Positions 27,067 to 40,749 of a stretch of DNA of 64,000 nt are shown one piece after another. The translations under genes and the position numbers were made by a program. Under the pieces are notes generated by a model. That model saw only the letters and a list, made by a program, of their open reading frames with translations, was not told where the DNA came from and searched no databases. The stretch comes from Raillietiella orientalis. Taxonomy: Eukaryota. Where the stretch lies: the NCBI GenBank assembly GCA_036172245.1, contig JAYWIR010000020.1, positions 1,302,001-1,366,000 of the forward strand, read 5' to 3'. How positions within the stretch are numbered: the stretch's first letter is position 1; every line of letters begins with the position of its first letter.

Positions 27067-30000
27067 CCCTCACGCGCACAGATGACTTTGTGGGATGCAT
27101 GAAGCGTCATCATTTGCGCAATCAGCATGATAGAGTCTCAGAGGGGGCAGGTAGGTGACTTCCTGATGCATGCCAATTCCGGTTGCACTGCTCCGGGTAC
27201 GGCTGATCCGCTCCGCGAACTCTCTCTTGTTACGCGGAGGCAGTGTCAACAGCCTGCGGCTGTCGCCTTCTTGCCGTGGATTAACAGCTACGCCCCTCGA
27301 GCCACGTGATTTGAATCAGCGAGTCTTGGCTTGCTGTTCAATTCATTTGCAGGTTGCTATTCTTCCCTGTCCGGATCTCCCGGTTGGTGTGAGCTTTCGG
27401 AGGTCAGGTCCATGTCTTATTTACTTTCTCGGCCGGAGTTCCGTGTCTGCTCACTAAAGGTTCATAGTTGACAGATACTCGAAGATCGCCTCCTTCGATG
27501 AGAAAGTGTGCTCTGAGCAGGAGGGGAACGTTCCTTCAGGATTTTTTTCTTCCCCGCTTTTTCAGAATCCAGCTATTTTTTCTTCCGCGAAATGTTTGGA
27601 AAAATCATTCCACCCCAAGGAGGAATCTCCGAGGCGCTCGTGCGATGAGCAGCAGCAGCAACAACGAAAAAAAGCAAAAAGTAAGAGGAAGGGGTGTAAA
27701 GATCTCTTTCGAATGCTTCGATCTGCTTTTCGCGGATCGCCTCTGTTTCTTGGAACTTTGCAAAGTCGGGAACAGTGCATTCGAACCTTCCGCATCTCGA
27801 CTTGCTTTGCGAAGACGGTTCAAGTCCCAACCGAATCCGATTCCTTTGTCTCACCTCAAGGAGTCTTTGAGTGGAAAGCGGTCCCAATATTTTGATTGCG
27901 ATTCTTGGGTACTTCCAATTACCGATAGCTGGGAGTCATCAGGCATTTCTGAGAGCTAGTTCATTGAATGTACAAAAGATTTTGGCTTCTAGCTTCAAGC
28001 ACTTCTGCGTTACGAACCTTTAGAGTGCTACAAAAATGTCGGATGGTCATCAGCAGTTGATAAATCAGCAGTGTGGCTTTTTTCCACATCAGTAAGATAA
28101 CTGTTGTGTGTGTTCACGGTGAGTCATTAATGATGGGCGGTAGTCAAGAGTGGAATGGGGTTCTTCCAGACTTCGAAATCATGATTGGTCTGATGGACTT
28201 GAAAAGTGAGAGTGGTAAAAGAGTTGCAAAGAAAAAGTGAACGCGATGATGTCGCTCGGATAAGGAAATATTTTACTGCAAAGTCAGTGAAGAAGGAGGA
28301 TGAAAAGACGCATCAAAATTTAGTCAATTTCTAGACTTTGGTGAATTGTTAATCACTTATTTGTGGATAATGTGATTCATGAACCCAAGACTCGAGAGAA
28401 GAGAATGTCGGAGATGAAAAGGGAACAGGGAGCTCAAAAAGACGAGAACGGTGTTCTGAGTGTGTACGTGTATCGTGTGTGCTGTCATTCCAGACAACTC
28501 GAATGTATCTTTAACTCTCGTTCATGGAGCGAAAGGATGGTCTAGAAAATCTCGCGTTACATCATTTCCATGTCTCCTTTCTTGTCTTCTGTGTTAGTCA
28601 GGAACAAGACACGCAGAGCTTTTCGAAAACTCGGCGCCGTGTTTTCACATAGCAAGGAACCAGCTTCCAAGCATCTCTTTGCTGCCCACAGTCCAGCAAA
28701 GGAGTTGATCCTTGCGCTTCAGATTGTGGACCTTATACTTTTGGTCTATCCTGTCATTCTCGATCGATAACTTCGGATTGCCAGAGCTTGCGCGGCTGCA
28801 GCCTCTCCAGGCAAAAAGCCTCAAAACACCGAACTTCCGGCCCAAACACGGCTTTAATCTGTCAATGATTTTGATGGAGAACTGGGACAGTCCTCACACC
28901 CAGATGGGACAGAGAAACTGGATCAACGAACTCTAAAGCCCTCGTCATGGAACAAACAAGTCGATCAGAGTTTCAGAGTATCCACCGGAAAATGTGTGCA
29001 TACGTGTGAAGGCCAGCATCCGAGATGGTCATGAAGCTTAAATCTTCAAGGAAGACACGGAGAAGTGATACGCATAGCACTGGCAAAATGGACTGGGAGA
29101 CAGAAATTGAGGGAAGAGGCCGGAGAAAAAATGCTGAGAAAGAATTCCCTCGACAAATGAACCATGGAACAAACAGCGTGATCGAATGCGGTCTTTCAAA
29201 TTTTTTTCCAGCTCCTGATCAACTTATTCAGTATTCAAACGAACTCCGTTCGCTCTTTGTACTCCCACTGCCTTTAAGAAAGCAAACATCTCGACACCTA
29301 CTCAAGTGCTGAACGATCTGCTGGTATAATCATCTCACGTGATTCGGTCATTAGGGAGACGGGAGATGAACTTCATAGATTCAAGGGTGCTAGCAACTGT
29401 TTGCTTGCGGTTCCTCCTCTGCTCAAAGACGGAGGCTAACATCGTTCAACCAACATCTGCCTTTTCCGCATTGAATCAACGGTAATCTGCAATGGTTTCA
29501 CATTCCAGGATGGAGCTACAGGGATCTAGATGACGACTTCCGAAAATGACCTCCTCTGGTTGCGAACTTTCAAACTTTGTTCTCGATCCCTATTCTCGAC
29601 TGCCGAGCAGCTTGCTCCCCTCTACTATTCTTCTAAAAAAGACATGTCGTCCTTGATTTTCACATGTTTCCAATGCTCCAACGACTTCCACTGCCGTCGA
29701 ACCACCAAATCATTCTGATGAATCAGTCACTATTCATGACGAGATCAGGTACTTTTGGAATCTACTGCTACTCATATTCTGAAAGGATTTTCTCATAAAT
29801 CACTGTACAAAAGTCCGATTTATTCATGGTTGAACTAGAATCATACAAAATATAACGGGAGCTCCCTTGGATGAAAGTTATCCTAAGCAAAGGAAGTAGT
29901 TTGTTTTCGGACATGTGCATCTGCAGGATCGCCAGTTTGTTCAGTCGCTGTATCTGGTCTAGATTCATCTCCGGCGAAATCAACACTACAATACTCACCA

Positions 30001-30525
30001 GTTGGTCCTTTTTCTATCTTCTTTCATGTTAACAGGAGCCAACAGTTGCAGCAGAGAATCTTCACCTCGTCATTTTCCCAGGGCGTTGTCAATGAGCTGA
30101 TCTGACGCTTTTCGCGCATTGTGGACCACAGAACTGAAGCACTGATCATGCGAGCACATTATTCACCAGCAAAACAGCCTTTTCCTGTTCAGGTAGTTAA
30201 GGAAAAAGAACTGAAATAGGGTTTGCTGATTGCACTATGTGGATAAAGATCAACACAAGGATGCTCCACATGACCATTATGTTTTTCTTTCTAATTGGTC
30301 GTTCCGAGGACAAATTATCGGCGAACGAAGGATACCGAGAGACTGAAGCATTTACGTGCGAGCGATTGTACAAGGGCGTTTCCAACATGAAGAGAGAGAC
30401 CAGTGGTTAGAAGTTTTCCGCCATTATCAACCCGTGTGTGCCCAGTCAACACCACGTCGGCTTGTCTGCGTAGGCTGACGGTGCGGGCACTGCGGCCATT
30501 TCGTGCTCTTGCATTCAATCGCTTT

Positions 30526-30803
30526 CCGGGCTTGGCTAATTCCCCAGAAATCAGCAAAATGAACACCGTCTGCACTTCTTGACTAGTTATGGGCCGTGAG
30601 CCCGTTGTGATGAGGCAGGAGGGAGGCCACCAAGGCGTTGCACTCGACGATGTCGCTCACGAAGCTCCTCGCCATCGACATGGTCCACTTCAATGCTCCT
30701 GAGTGAGGGTGGATCTGCTGCAGCACCTCGTAGGTGTAGATTGCATTACTCTCTTATTTCCTCTTCCGCTTCTTTTTCTCGTCTTCTTTCGTGATGTTCT
30801 CCC
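30526..30803 (-). pseudogene. H2B: Histone H2B pseudogene
   Basis: Translates with a stop and frameshifts to ENITKEDEKKKRKRK*E.NAIYTYEVLQQIHPHSG.ALKWTMSMARSFVSDIVECNALVASLLPHHNGLT.ITSQEVQTVFILLISGELAKP. This is collinear with H2B [21 protein letters not shown]...MNSFVNDIFERIA...[21 protein letters not shown]. Confidence 0.9.
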
Positions 30804-31049
30804 GAGCTCTATCTGATATATGCCTTCTTTCCTACTGCCCTTATTTGGAGCTACTACTCAACAACTCAGCTTACACTTATGGACTACTAGAGGAACGCAA
30901 CTCACCAACAAGTCTCGTTGTTGTTGCAAAAGAGAGGAAAGGAGTTGCTCAGGAAATTTTTCAACAAACTTTGCAAAGTGCAGTAGAAGCTACAAAATAT
31001 GTCGAGGAGGAGATGCGCCTATGTACCAAGAAACAGGAATTGATTTGAG

Positions 31050-31960
31050 GATTATCGACTAAAAACTTGAAGAAGGCTACAGAATGAGGCAATGGCTCCT
31101 TGTTTCAGTAAACTATAACGTAAAGTGCATGATGACATTAAAGGACAGTCATTCCAAGATTGTACACAAGTCCATGCAGAAACTAAGAGCAACATACCTT
31201 TGGCAGTCTCTAAATGGCAGAATAATTCCTTCTCTACGCTAATTTCTCTTCCTAATCTGAAGAAACTGTTTGTGTGAATTGAATTTCGTAATGCATTTGC
31301 AAGCTGTCGAGGTTCTGTTCCTTTCCGATTTCGAGGAAAGAACTGCCAAATTCTGGAGCCTCTAGAAGGTAGCCACTGCTTGAGGTCATGGTGCCAATCT
31401 TTGGACGAACAGGTTTTGGATAACTTGTATAGAATCAACGAAACGTGATTTCTGCCAAGGAGTCACTTTTCTTTGAGCTGCAGATCAGGTGTGACAGGAA
31501 GATTTTTTCAGAGTTTCAAAATCGATCCTGTGACGATGGTAAATCGAATGAGATTACAATAAGTGTCCGATGGAATCCAAAGATGAACCTGCACAGATCC
31601 TAAAGATCTTAGTAAATTCACGGAGGCTTTTTAAATCTCGTTACCCTCACAAAATTAGGAATGCTTTTCCTCCGGAAGATTCAGTCACTGGAAGTGTGAA
31701 CTCCATGATGCACGGTGCACTCTGAATGCAGTCGGAAACCAATGAGCGTGCTGCAGGACGAGAGTTGGTTGTTGATATTCTTTTAACAACACCCAGGCAA
31801 TTTCATAGGAAGTCAAGTATCCCTGATATCTCCTGTCTATTGCTGTTGCTTGATTTGCGGCCTCAGCAATGACAGAGCGAGCATTCAGAAAATACAGAAA
31901 ATATTTTCCATTCTCATCTTCAGACGCAAGGTTCTTTGAAGACACCTCCCCTCCCCCCAA
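31050..31960 (-). pseudogene. Decayed 'gene X' C-terminal part
   Basis: EKELFCHLETAKG and CTLRYSLLKQGAIA are shared with the 20 kb and 16.6 kb copies respectively. Confidence 0.45.
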
Positions 31961-33959
31961 TTATCCACGCATTCGCTTTTTTTTTAATATGCTCCCCCAG
32001 TAGATAGAGTGTGCTATCATTTTGTTGGTCCGGAATGTTTTGCAACGTCTTCAGCAAGACTTTGAAAATCATGAATTGCATGCCAGGAGATGCTCGACGG
32101 TGTGTTCATCGATTTTTTGTTAGCTCATCTAAAACAGAGAGTAATCTATTGCCATCCATTTGAATTTGGTTTTCCCCAATATGCTGAATTTCTCATTTCA
32201 ACAGCGATATGAAGCCATCCCATTTCGTTGTTGTGCATCATTGCGTCCATGGAAAACTTCTGTTCCACTCGTTTCTTCCGTGGCTTCAAATGCTCCCGGA
32301 TTCTCTAAAGCAAGTGCCTCCGTTTAGACATAGGAAGCAATTCTGGATTCCACTGCTTGGATCTGCCTGGATTCTTCTTCATCCCCAGCCTGCATTCTTG
32401 CCTCTGAGTTAAAAGAATGCTGAGTTTCTCAGTAAAAATGGATACGGAGAGAACACATGAATGGGAATGGTGCTTCTTTTGAGTACATTGAGATTTCCCA
32501 GGTAATGTGAACCGGACCTCCACTGCACGTTTCATCTTGCAGCCTTTAATCGGAGACTTACAAAACTCGATCGGTGAAGGGTTACATTTGATGCATTGTG
32601 ATGCTTTCTTTTTTTTTATGCTCAAGAAACACTCAGTCTCATAAGTCGACGCTGTTTCGGAGTTCAGATTGTCGAAAATTTGTGTCTGATTGTCCCGTGC
32701 CATTTCCTTGTCCCGAAGGATCCAGCTCTGATGCATGGATGGTATTTTGCTTTAAGCTCGAAACTTACCACGCATAAATTCCCACTCAGTACGCGTTGCT
32801 TTCATCTTTTTCCCTGCGCCAGCAATCATCGGAAACATTGAGATTTTGCTGGTAAAGGAAGATTTGTAAGGCAGAACTGCTGACGTCTGAAATAGTCTCA
32901 GGAATTCAGGGAAAGCAGCGAAAAAAAATTACAAAATCCAAAAATAATGCCTCGGATTTCACAAGCATGTACATCATATTGAATGCTGCGACTTCTGAAT
33001 TTCTACAGAATAACCATAAAGTCAAAGTACGAACAGTTCGCATCACGGAATGCGTCTGTCCAGTGCACAGACAAGATGAGAGGCAAAGTGACCCACCGGA
33101 CCAGAGAAATCTGGTAAGATGAGAGAGGAAAATGGTTGCAGGTTCCAGAAGCCAACCGGAAGGAAAGCATCAGCACACCAGGCACGGCAGAAGAGGTCCC
33201 CACTGCGGCAGCCCACCGTTTCCTCATAGCGCATGTAAACTGCGAAGCGATCGGTGTGGTGATCTGGAGGACCGACTTACCATCGGGCAAGCGAGGCCAT
33301 CTCCCGCTGTACTACCATGGAGGTCTTTCGTGGGGTTCCCTTCTCAGACACCTCACAGGGAGGAGTCAAGATGAAGCCTGCAAAAATGCTTTCGGTGTGT
33401 CCTGTCGAGAAGAGAGCAACAGTAAACTCCAACCCAGTGGCTCAAGCTACCATACAAAGACTTCTCAGGCGTATGAGTTCGGATCAGAATGGAGAATGCA
33501 AGCCGTCCTTCTCTTAAATGATGTTTCAGGACCGCACTATGAGCAACGATATTTTGCGAGCAACGGAAGACCAATCACAAGAGTACTAAAGTATGTTGCC
33601 ATGCATTTCTGATTAGGTTCCATGGGAAGCCTACCCTGTTTGGTTTAGCAAAGAATGCCATCAGTCAGTAAAGGTCCAAAGATTGTGATGGCATTGTGGG
33701 GAGGTACAGACGTGAGTTCAATGAACCTCAAGGACTTCATCGACAAGTAATGAAGACTCTTGTTTTCTGGTGCGAAAAAAGCCACATTAAGGCATATAGG
33801 CTATAGAAAACTGGGGATGTATTTTTATTGGGCTAACGAGAAAGTCACAGCCACGTTCGGTGTGGTTTCACATGTTTCCAGAGAAGAGACTCTCCGCAAT
33901 TTTGACGGTTCTCTCAGAAAGCTCATTCAGTCACATCTCATGGTATGTTTTTCAGCATC

Positions 33960-34850
33960 TACTTCAAGTTGGCCTGGATGCCTGAGTGCGGCTTGAGGAC
34001 GGGACACCAAACTGGCCACCTTGTTGAGTTCGTGTCCAGGCACTCCTGCCTCGTCTTCTTATGTCGACGACCTTCTGCTGCTGTTGCCCTATGTTCATCC
34101 TGGTGGCTAAGCTCGAAAGCTTCTTCGAGATAATCAGTCGAAAAGAGGACATGCGCGTCAACAAGAGGAAGTCGTGCATGGTACGCCGTACCACGGACCA
34201 CGGAAAGTGTGGTTTCGAACTGTGAGAACTGCAGGGAATTGGAGATACCCCTCATGAAGGGTAACCCATAGTCATCCATCTGATGCCCCAGTAGATCATC
34301 TGTGAATGCTGGAGGTTTCTGCGACCTCTTCATTTCTTAGATGTTAGTGTAGCCCCTATAATGTCTCCAGTTCCTTTAGGACCTTGTCCTTGACGCTTTT
34401 CCACGCGCCGAGAAATCCCCATCGCGAGGTGGTCTTCTTTCTCCTCGCACTTTTCAAAACGGTCTGCAAGTTTCCTAAAGAGCGTCGAGCATGATGTCTT
34501 GGCCCTCGCTTTGGAGCAATCGGTTTGGTTGGGGGCTAGAGTTCTGTCCCGGAGATCGGCTGACTGGAGGAGAAGAGTCCTTGTTATCCTACCATCATTC
34601 TTTTCATCTTGTGAAGTAATTCCTGGTAACCCTTCATGAATGCCTCATCGAGACATGGGAATACTGGGACTTGTAAAGGAAGTGAAGCCATTCCGATGCC
34701 AAATTCGAGCATTTTGCAAAGACTTTTAAAAGAAAAATAGGGGACAGCTGACCAAATAGCCATCGCAGAGTATTGAAGAGAACACAAAAACACATACCGA
34801 AAAAACACTCTCCGTCTCGTTAGTCGAGACTCCGTGGCATTTAAACACAC
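33960..34850 (-). pseudogene. Decayed 'gene X' N-terminal part
   Basis: KPPAFTDDLLG...RGISNSLQFSQFETTL aligns with KVPSWIGDLLG...AGVWHSLLKTEFKSKL at 49123-49230; also SGTEL and RWGFLG. Confidence 0.5.
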
Positions 34851-36299
34851 GTTCCATTAGGAATAGCCTGTACCGGATTCTGAGCGAATGGATGGATTGG
34901 GAGGATTCCGGAGGTTTTCCTGGAAGAAAGCTCACAAGGATCTGGTCCAGAGAGAAGAGCGAACTTTGTGACAGTGGCTCACCGTTTTCCTATATGAGAA
35001 ACTTCGAGGAGAGGATTTCGAACAGTACCTTCGCGGCCGTTGCTATGAGCAACGGAATGCAGCACGAGGAGACTGTGAGGAAACACAGCAAGGAAGCTGT
35101 ATCTGAAAACAACGTACATGCTTAAAAAAAAAATTGGATGATATCAGATGATGAAAGCTGAAACTCTCTTGGGCTCTGCAGAGAAGAAATAATAAGAAAA
35201 CACGCAATTTTTTTTTAGGAACCGAGTTTCATTATCGGGAATCTCTTCAGCCTATCGTGCTCTTGACTGGAATTTGGAACTTCGATTTAAATTCATGGTC
35301 GTATTCCATGCCAACTGCTTTCTTGAATGGTGGAAAGACAACCGTCCTTCGAATCTTGGCGATATTTTCAACAGGAAACAATCGAGGAAAGGAACTTTCC
35401 CTTCTCATGCAAATGAAGAGCTTCCAAGGTTCCTCTCAAATGAAGAAGAAGATTAGCTAAGTTCGTTTTCTTGAGGACAAAAAAGGGAAGAAGGGAAAAA
35501 AGGAAGGAAGGAGGAAAAGGGAAACGGAATCAAGCGAGACAGAATCCTTTTCACAAGTTGCTGCCACCAAACAAACAGAACCGCACTGTGGCGTAAAAAT
35601 CGCATCAATGCACTTCCACATGATGAGACCCAGCATATTTCTCCCTCAAGCATGCCAATGCGTCCAGTGGATGACCTTACTGATTTGTGAATATTTCCAT
35701 GCAGAAATCCACTCCTTCGAAATTCCTAGCGGAGATGAATACTCGCATAAATAAAGCCAAAAAATAGAAAAGATAAAAAGGAAAAAAAAAAAGTATGGTG
35801 ATTCCAAAGCGAGTCCAAAATCACCTACGACTGTGGCTTCTAAAATTCATCTCAGCACTTCCTCATCTCATGCACGGACATACTCAGAAGAAGCTGTAAT
35901 GGAACTTGAGCGCAAAATAAGGGACCCTCTTCCAGGAAGGAAAAGCAAGTTGAGATTTGATAGTGCATGGGGATTCCTGAAGTCTTTGCCTAGGAAACAC
36001 TTTCAGGAAAACCCTCAAAGAAAGGAATCATCGGTGGTTCCTGCGAATAAACCGAGAAAGGTTGTAAGAAGCGCGGTTGAGACTCTGGGAGAAAAAGGCA
36101 AGAACGACGTCGAAAGATAAGGTGGAGGGAGGGCTAGAGGAGCTCAGGAAGCGCGAAGACTCTTTTGTGGGTTTCAGGAGAATGCTTTCTCGAGCAGAGT
36201 AAGAAGAGCGTGAAATAAGGGAAAGTGCGATAGCAGAAACACGAATGAGAGTCTCGCGCACTTGGCTGAGACGTCAAGTGAGCATGAATTTATCTTCTT

Positions 36300-37880
36300 T
36301 CTGTCGTTCTTCCATTATAATTATCATCAACTTGGCGTACAGAGCTGGAAATGACTAAAGACAAGGATATCGATCTTTGCTCTTTGCTTTCCAGGAAACC
36401 TAGGCGTTCATCAGCAGCGGTAGGACTGAGCTTTGGTGTGAGAACCAAAGCGTCAAAGGGTTTTTCCAAGAAACGAGGGTAGAAGTCATTCATATGGAAA
36501 CACGTTTAAGAATTTCGAAACGAAGTTAACCCTCAAGAGACTTAAAAGAGATTCGTTTCGGGAGATTCATCTAAACACACATTTGTAAATGCTAAGCTGA
36601 TAATGTATCTTTGGAGAGAAGATTGTTGAACTTTCGGATGGAGGGTATGGGGAACACTGTCCGAACAAAGGACATTTGGAAACCATCTGCAAATCCATTC
36701 CCTAGATCAGAAATCTGCTGGGAAAACACGCATTAAATATCCCAAGAAGCTTGAAGTAGAATGTAAATTTAGATCAGAATTCAAGAATTTTCGTTTTTTT
36801 TTTTCCTAAGAAAAACAGCGAAGAAACGCTGGGACGCAGGGTCAAAGTGAAAACTGGGGCATTTATGTGATACTGGTGCATAATTGTCAACATTTTCAGA
36901 AAGCGAATTCAAAGAGCAGAGGGTGCGGTTGGGGCTGGAAATGCGCCCACAAAAGGAGGGAATCATACAGAGGAAACTGTAAGCACCCCGTTGGCGGGAA
37001 AGCTCAACGATCCTGTCTCTGTTCTCTGTGCCAGATGGATTTCAGGAGATCAGAAGAACTGTGGAAGGTTCAAGCGCCAAAGTGCATTCCCAATAGACCA
37101 CTGTGACTCGGTGACTGCCCAGCTCGTGGGGTTTGTCCATAAGGGCTAAGGGCACTAGTAAGTAGCCTTCCTTGTTGCTTTTAACGATCGAACAGATCTC
37201 CCGTCGAAAACTGAGTACGGAAAACGAGGTTTCGCACACGACAGGCACCGTGACTCAAAGTACACAGGGTATACACTTTTCAGTACCGCCTGCGCAGGGC
37301 ATGTTGACCGCAGATGAAATGGCTGAAAGCATTGAATAGTCCCTGAAGAAATCGAAGGTTGCTCGAAATATTAAAAGACGTTGTATTTTTCTTGAGAATT
37401 ACATCAACTGCTTATAATAGTGAACAATTTGATAAGATCTTTGGGACATGTGAAAGGAGAAAGTATCAATTCTGAAGGAATGTAGTGACACGTTGCCGGT
37501 TTATTGTGATCTGTCCAACAATCGAATGCGTTGTCCAGTGCTACCCGGATGGATGCTGAAAATTTTCGATACATCTTTTATCATCACCCTTTAATGACAC
37601 TGAGTCATATTGGATTATTCCGGTCAGGGATCCAGAGAGAATTTTCCTAAGCAATCTTAAAAACACACAATACTTCTTGTTGATATGTTGAACAGTATTC
37701 GCTTACCGATTAAATAATCTGGAGAGTTGTTTATGCGCATTCCTAAGGGAGCATGGTTCCAGAATCAGGTTCTCCAGTAAAACTAATGATCGTTTTGAAA
37801 AGATGAAGAAAGCGAAATCACTCCCCAAGAAAAAAGGCACAATGTGAACCATCTCTTGCAAAGTTGAGTTTTGAAGCACC
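36300..37880 (+). pseudogene. Decayed pPolB (copy E)
   Basis: Ordered motifs on plus: IDLCSLLS...LSFGVRTKASKGF (36369-36467; cf. DSxxLL...SFG...KGxFP), VGGK...MDFRRS (36990-37050; cf. GGR...DxxS), GYTLF (37268), KRRCIFLENYIN and FNDTES (37590-37607; cf. YxDTDS). Confidence 0.6.
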
Positions 37881-37888
37881 ACTTCAGA

Positions 37889-37921
37889 GCCGGCATACAC
37901 GCGTAAAGCGTGTATGCCGGC
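37889..37921. other. Perfect 14-bp inverted repeat with 5-nt loop
   Basis: gccggcatacacgc-gtaaa-gcgtgtatgccggc. Confidence 0.95.
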
Positions 37922-37949
37922 GCTGAATCAGGAGCTCACGAAATAAGAA

Positions 37950-40000
37950 AAGTCAAGCTTCGGAGTACACGACGGACACTGGGAATAGAAATTCTTGTAG
38001 CTAGCATGGAGACCTGATTCATTCTGCTTCTTAACCAGTTATGCTTCTTTCCTTCGCAACAGAGTTCTCCTTCTGCCTTGACCTTGTCCATGAATGAAAA
38101 CATCCGAAATTTGCTGCCACCTTGTGCAGAACGCCCATTTTGATGTAGCAGACGCAAACACACCTTCAGGGGCTTCATGCACACACCGTAACATGTGAAA
38201 AATCTTCGACCTGACCTGTTTGAGGACGGATGGTATTATGACTTTGTGAATCTCTGGGGAGAGCTAGAAGCGCCATGTCGAACGGAGGAAGGAAGTCCTG
38301 AAAATCTTCTAGATGTGAATGTGAAGTCTCCTTCATGGAGTCTAAAGCTGTCTATGTATCCAATTTTCGGAAACTCGCACACGGAACTTGTGAAGACTGA
38401 TAGTGTTCATTTGGGGAGCACATTCAGCAATGCATTTCCGCAGATGCTAGAGATGGGAAAATCGTCTGCTTCTCTGACTCCATCTCTTTCTTCTCATTTG
38501 GATAGTTGAGGACATGCAGGTTCTCTTTGTATCACACTAGAGCAAAGTTGCTGGGCATGCACTTGTTTCAGGAGGAGACAGCATCTTCCAAGCCGTTACT
38601 CAGAAACAGAAAGAAACGAAATCAAAGGGGAGGCCAGTGAAGCTGATGCTGAAACATGAAACACTGCGAGAAGAGCACTCGGAACTACATCTTCATTGCA
38701 TTGTATTTTCCTATGAGCTCTCAACTTTTTCGGGAACATGAGAAACGAACGTCGGCAATGTCTGCAGCAGTCAACAGTTCATCCACATTGTTCAGGCAGA
38801 AATTACTGCAGTCAACGTAACGAGCTGCTCCCGTCATAGAAGCCGAGGAAAAAGAGTAGGAAATTCGGAGGCTGATCTTTATAAACTGTTGCAATATAGA
38901 GGAACTAAAAACCATCAAGAATCATCAAGAGAAATGCTTGAAGCAAAGTCGCAGCACTCCCTCAGTGCAAGAAGTGGAAGCAGAAAATGCTAATATGGGA
39001 TTCCAGAGTGAGGAGCCATCCTCGCACCGCTCTGAAATGCAGGAAGAGACAGCGAAACCAAAAATAACGACTTTAGCTTGCAACTTGCGAGAGTCTTCTT
39101 TCACTCTGCTGTGCTTCTGCAGGTAGTGGAACGAGGTTGCACCCCAAGTGTATCTGAGACAGTGCCTTTCTGTGGGATGATTGCTTTTACGAAACTCTCA
39201 GTCAAGGTTTCCATTTCACTTCCCATTGCCATGAACACTCCCGTAGATTATACCGTTGTACACACAGATAGCTCTATGAGAAGCAGGAATGCTGAGTTGG
39301 CACACGGGGCAGAGGAGCAGTAATCGCAAGAGGCGACCTCTGAATTGTTCCGCGCGTATTAATCCTCTCTGGACATCTGGAAACAATTTGCGTGTGCTGC
39401 ACTTTACTATCTGGTAAGACGAAAGTGCTGTCACCAACAGCTCAACTTCTTGGCGTGCTGAGCATAAGCCCTGCAAAAGAGGGTCATCTTTACCCTCTAC
39501 AGACTTGAGCCAGTCCAACGAAGGTGAAAGAACTCGAGTGCACGAGAATGGGATTTTGTCGCTGGGAAGGTGCGGGAGCCGTAAAGTCCATGCTGTCCCT
39601 TGTAGAGAGGTGGGAGAAAAGGTCGCATCTGAAGTACTATGCTGGCTGTGCCATGCAACTTCCTGTTGGTGCCCTGAGAAACTCTCGGAAACGAAGACAA
39701 GAGGAGCTTTTCCTTCATCAGATCTCACTAGAGACGGAATATCAGAGAGGAAACCAGTTCCCCAGGACGTCAACGGCACTGAGTGCAACATCGAGCGATG
39801 AAGTCGGAACACCCTAGAACACCCTGCCATATTCTTTCCAGCAGGAACAGCAGCGGTTCATCGTTCACGAAAATCCTCCAACAGGGTGGGAATCAGGGTG
39901 AATCTCTCCCCAACAATGATCTCCCTCTGAGACCTCCGTATTCGATTTGTCCTCCTCTCCCCTTCTCCCTTGCAGTCCTCTCCCTACTAATTCTCTCTGA
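37950..40000 (+). pseudogene. Decayed copy of unidentified 'gene X', directly downstream of pPolB copy E
   Basis: Shares peptides with other copies: LGIEIL, FRGFM, KSPSWSLKLSMYPIFG...HLGSTFSNAF, WKQFACAALYYLV. Confidence 0.45.
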
Positions 40001-40749
40001 CATCCCAGCAGTTTTTTCGATTGCCATCTTCCCCTCTTAACCAGAGAGAGACTTTCGCAAACCGGACTGATGGAATGCAACCAAAGCGTTGTTTCTTCTG
40101 AAAGAGGAAAGGGGATGACTTTTGCAGTCACGGTCATTCCAATCCTGCTCCCGAGTCATGAGTCCCTGGAAAGCGAGCCCCATAAGACGGGGACTCTGCC
40201 GGCTGGATCCACATGTTAAGAAACTATCCGGAAATGAAGCTAATCGGACATGCAATGCCATCCACATCTTTGTGGAATCACAATGGAATTTGCAGGTTAA
40301 CATGAAGTTTCAAGTGCACACGAATCTTCAGCCGGGCCACTGCGCCCAAACAGCAGACCGCGGCGTTGACCGGAAAACACAAAGGAAGCAATCTTCTTCG
40401 TGGACCACAACCAGGAAATACCAAATCCGTTATAAACGAACCAGCGCATGGATGAATAGGCGTGATCCGTCACGGCAGCTGGCCGCACAGAGATTCAGAT
40501 CCATGCACTCTAAGCCAAAGCGCCCCGAGGAGCGCTCCAGATTTTCCTCAGGTCTCCCCCACAGAGCGCCATTCCCACCGTCTCCGCCAGAGGACATCCT
40601 TTCTTACCACGAGCTAAGAAAGGATCCCCATCCCAAATGATTCCATCCCGCTTTCCGGAAACCCGGCCCGCATAGCTCGCGAGGCAACCAGATCTCAGAT
40701 CGCCAGAGTGGCGCGGACTGCGAGAACGATCCCTTCGCTCGATTTCGCC

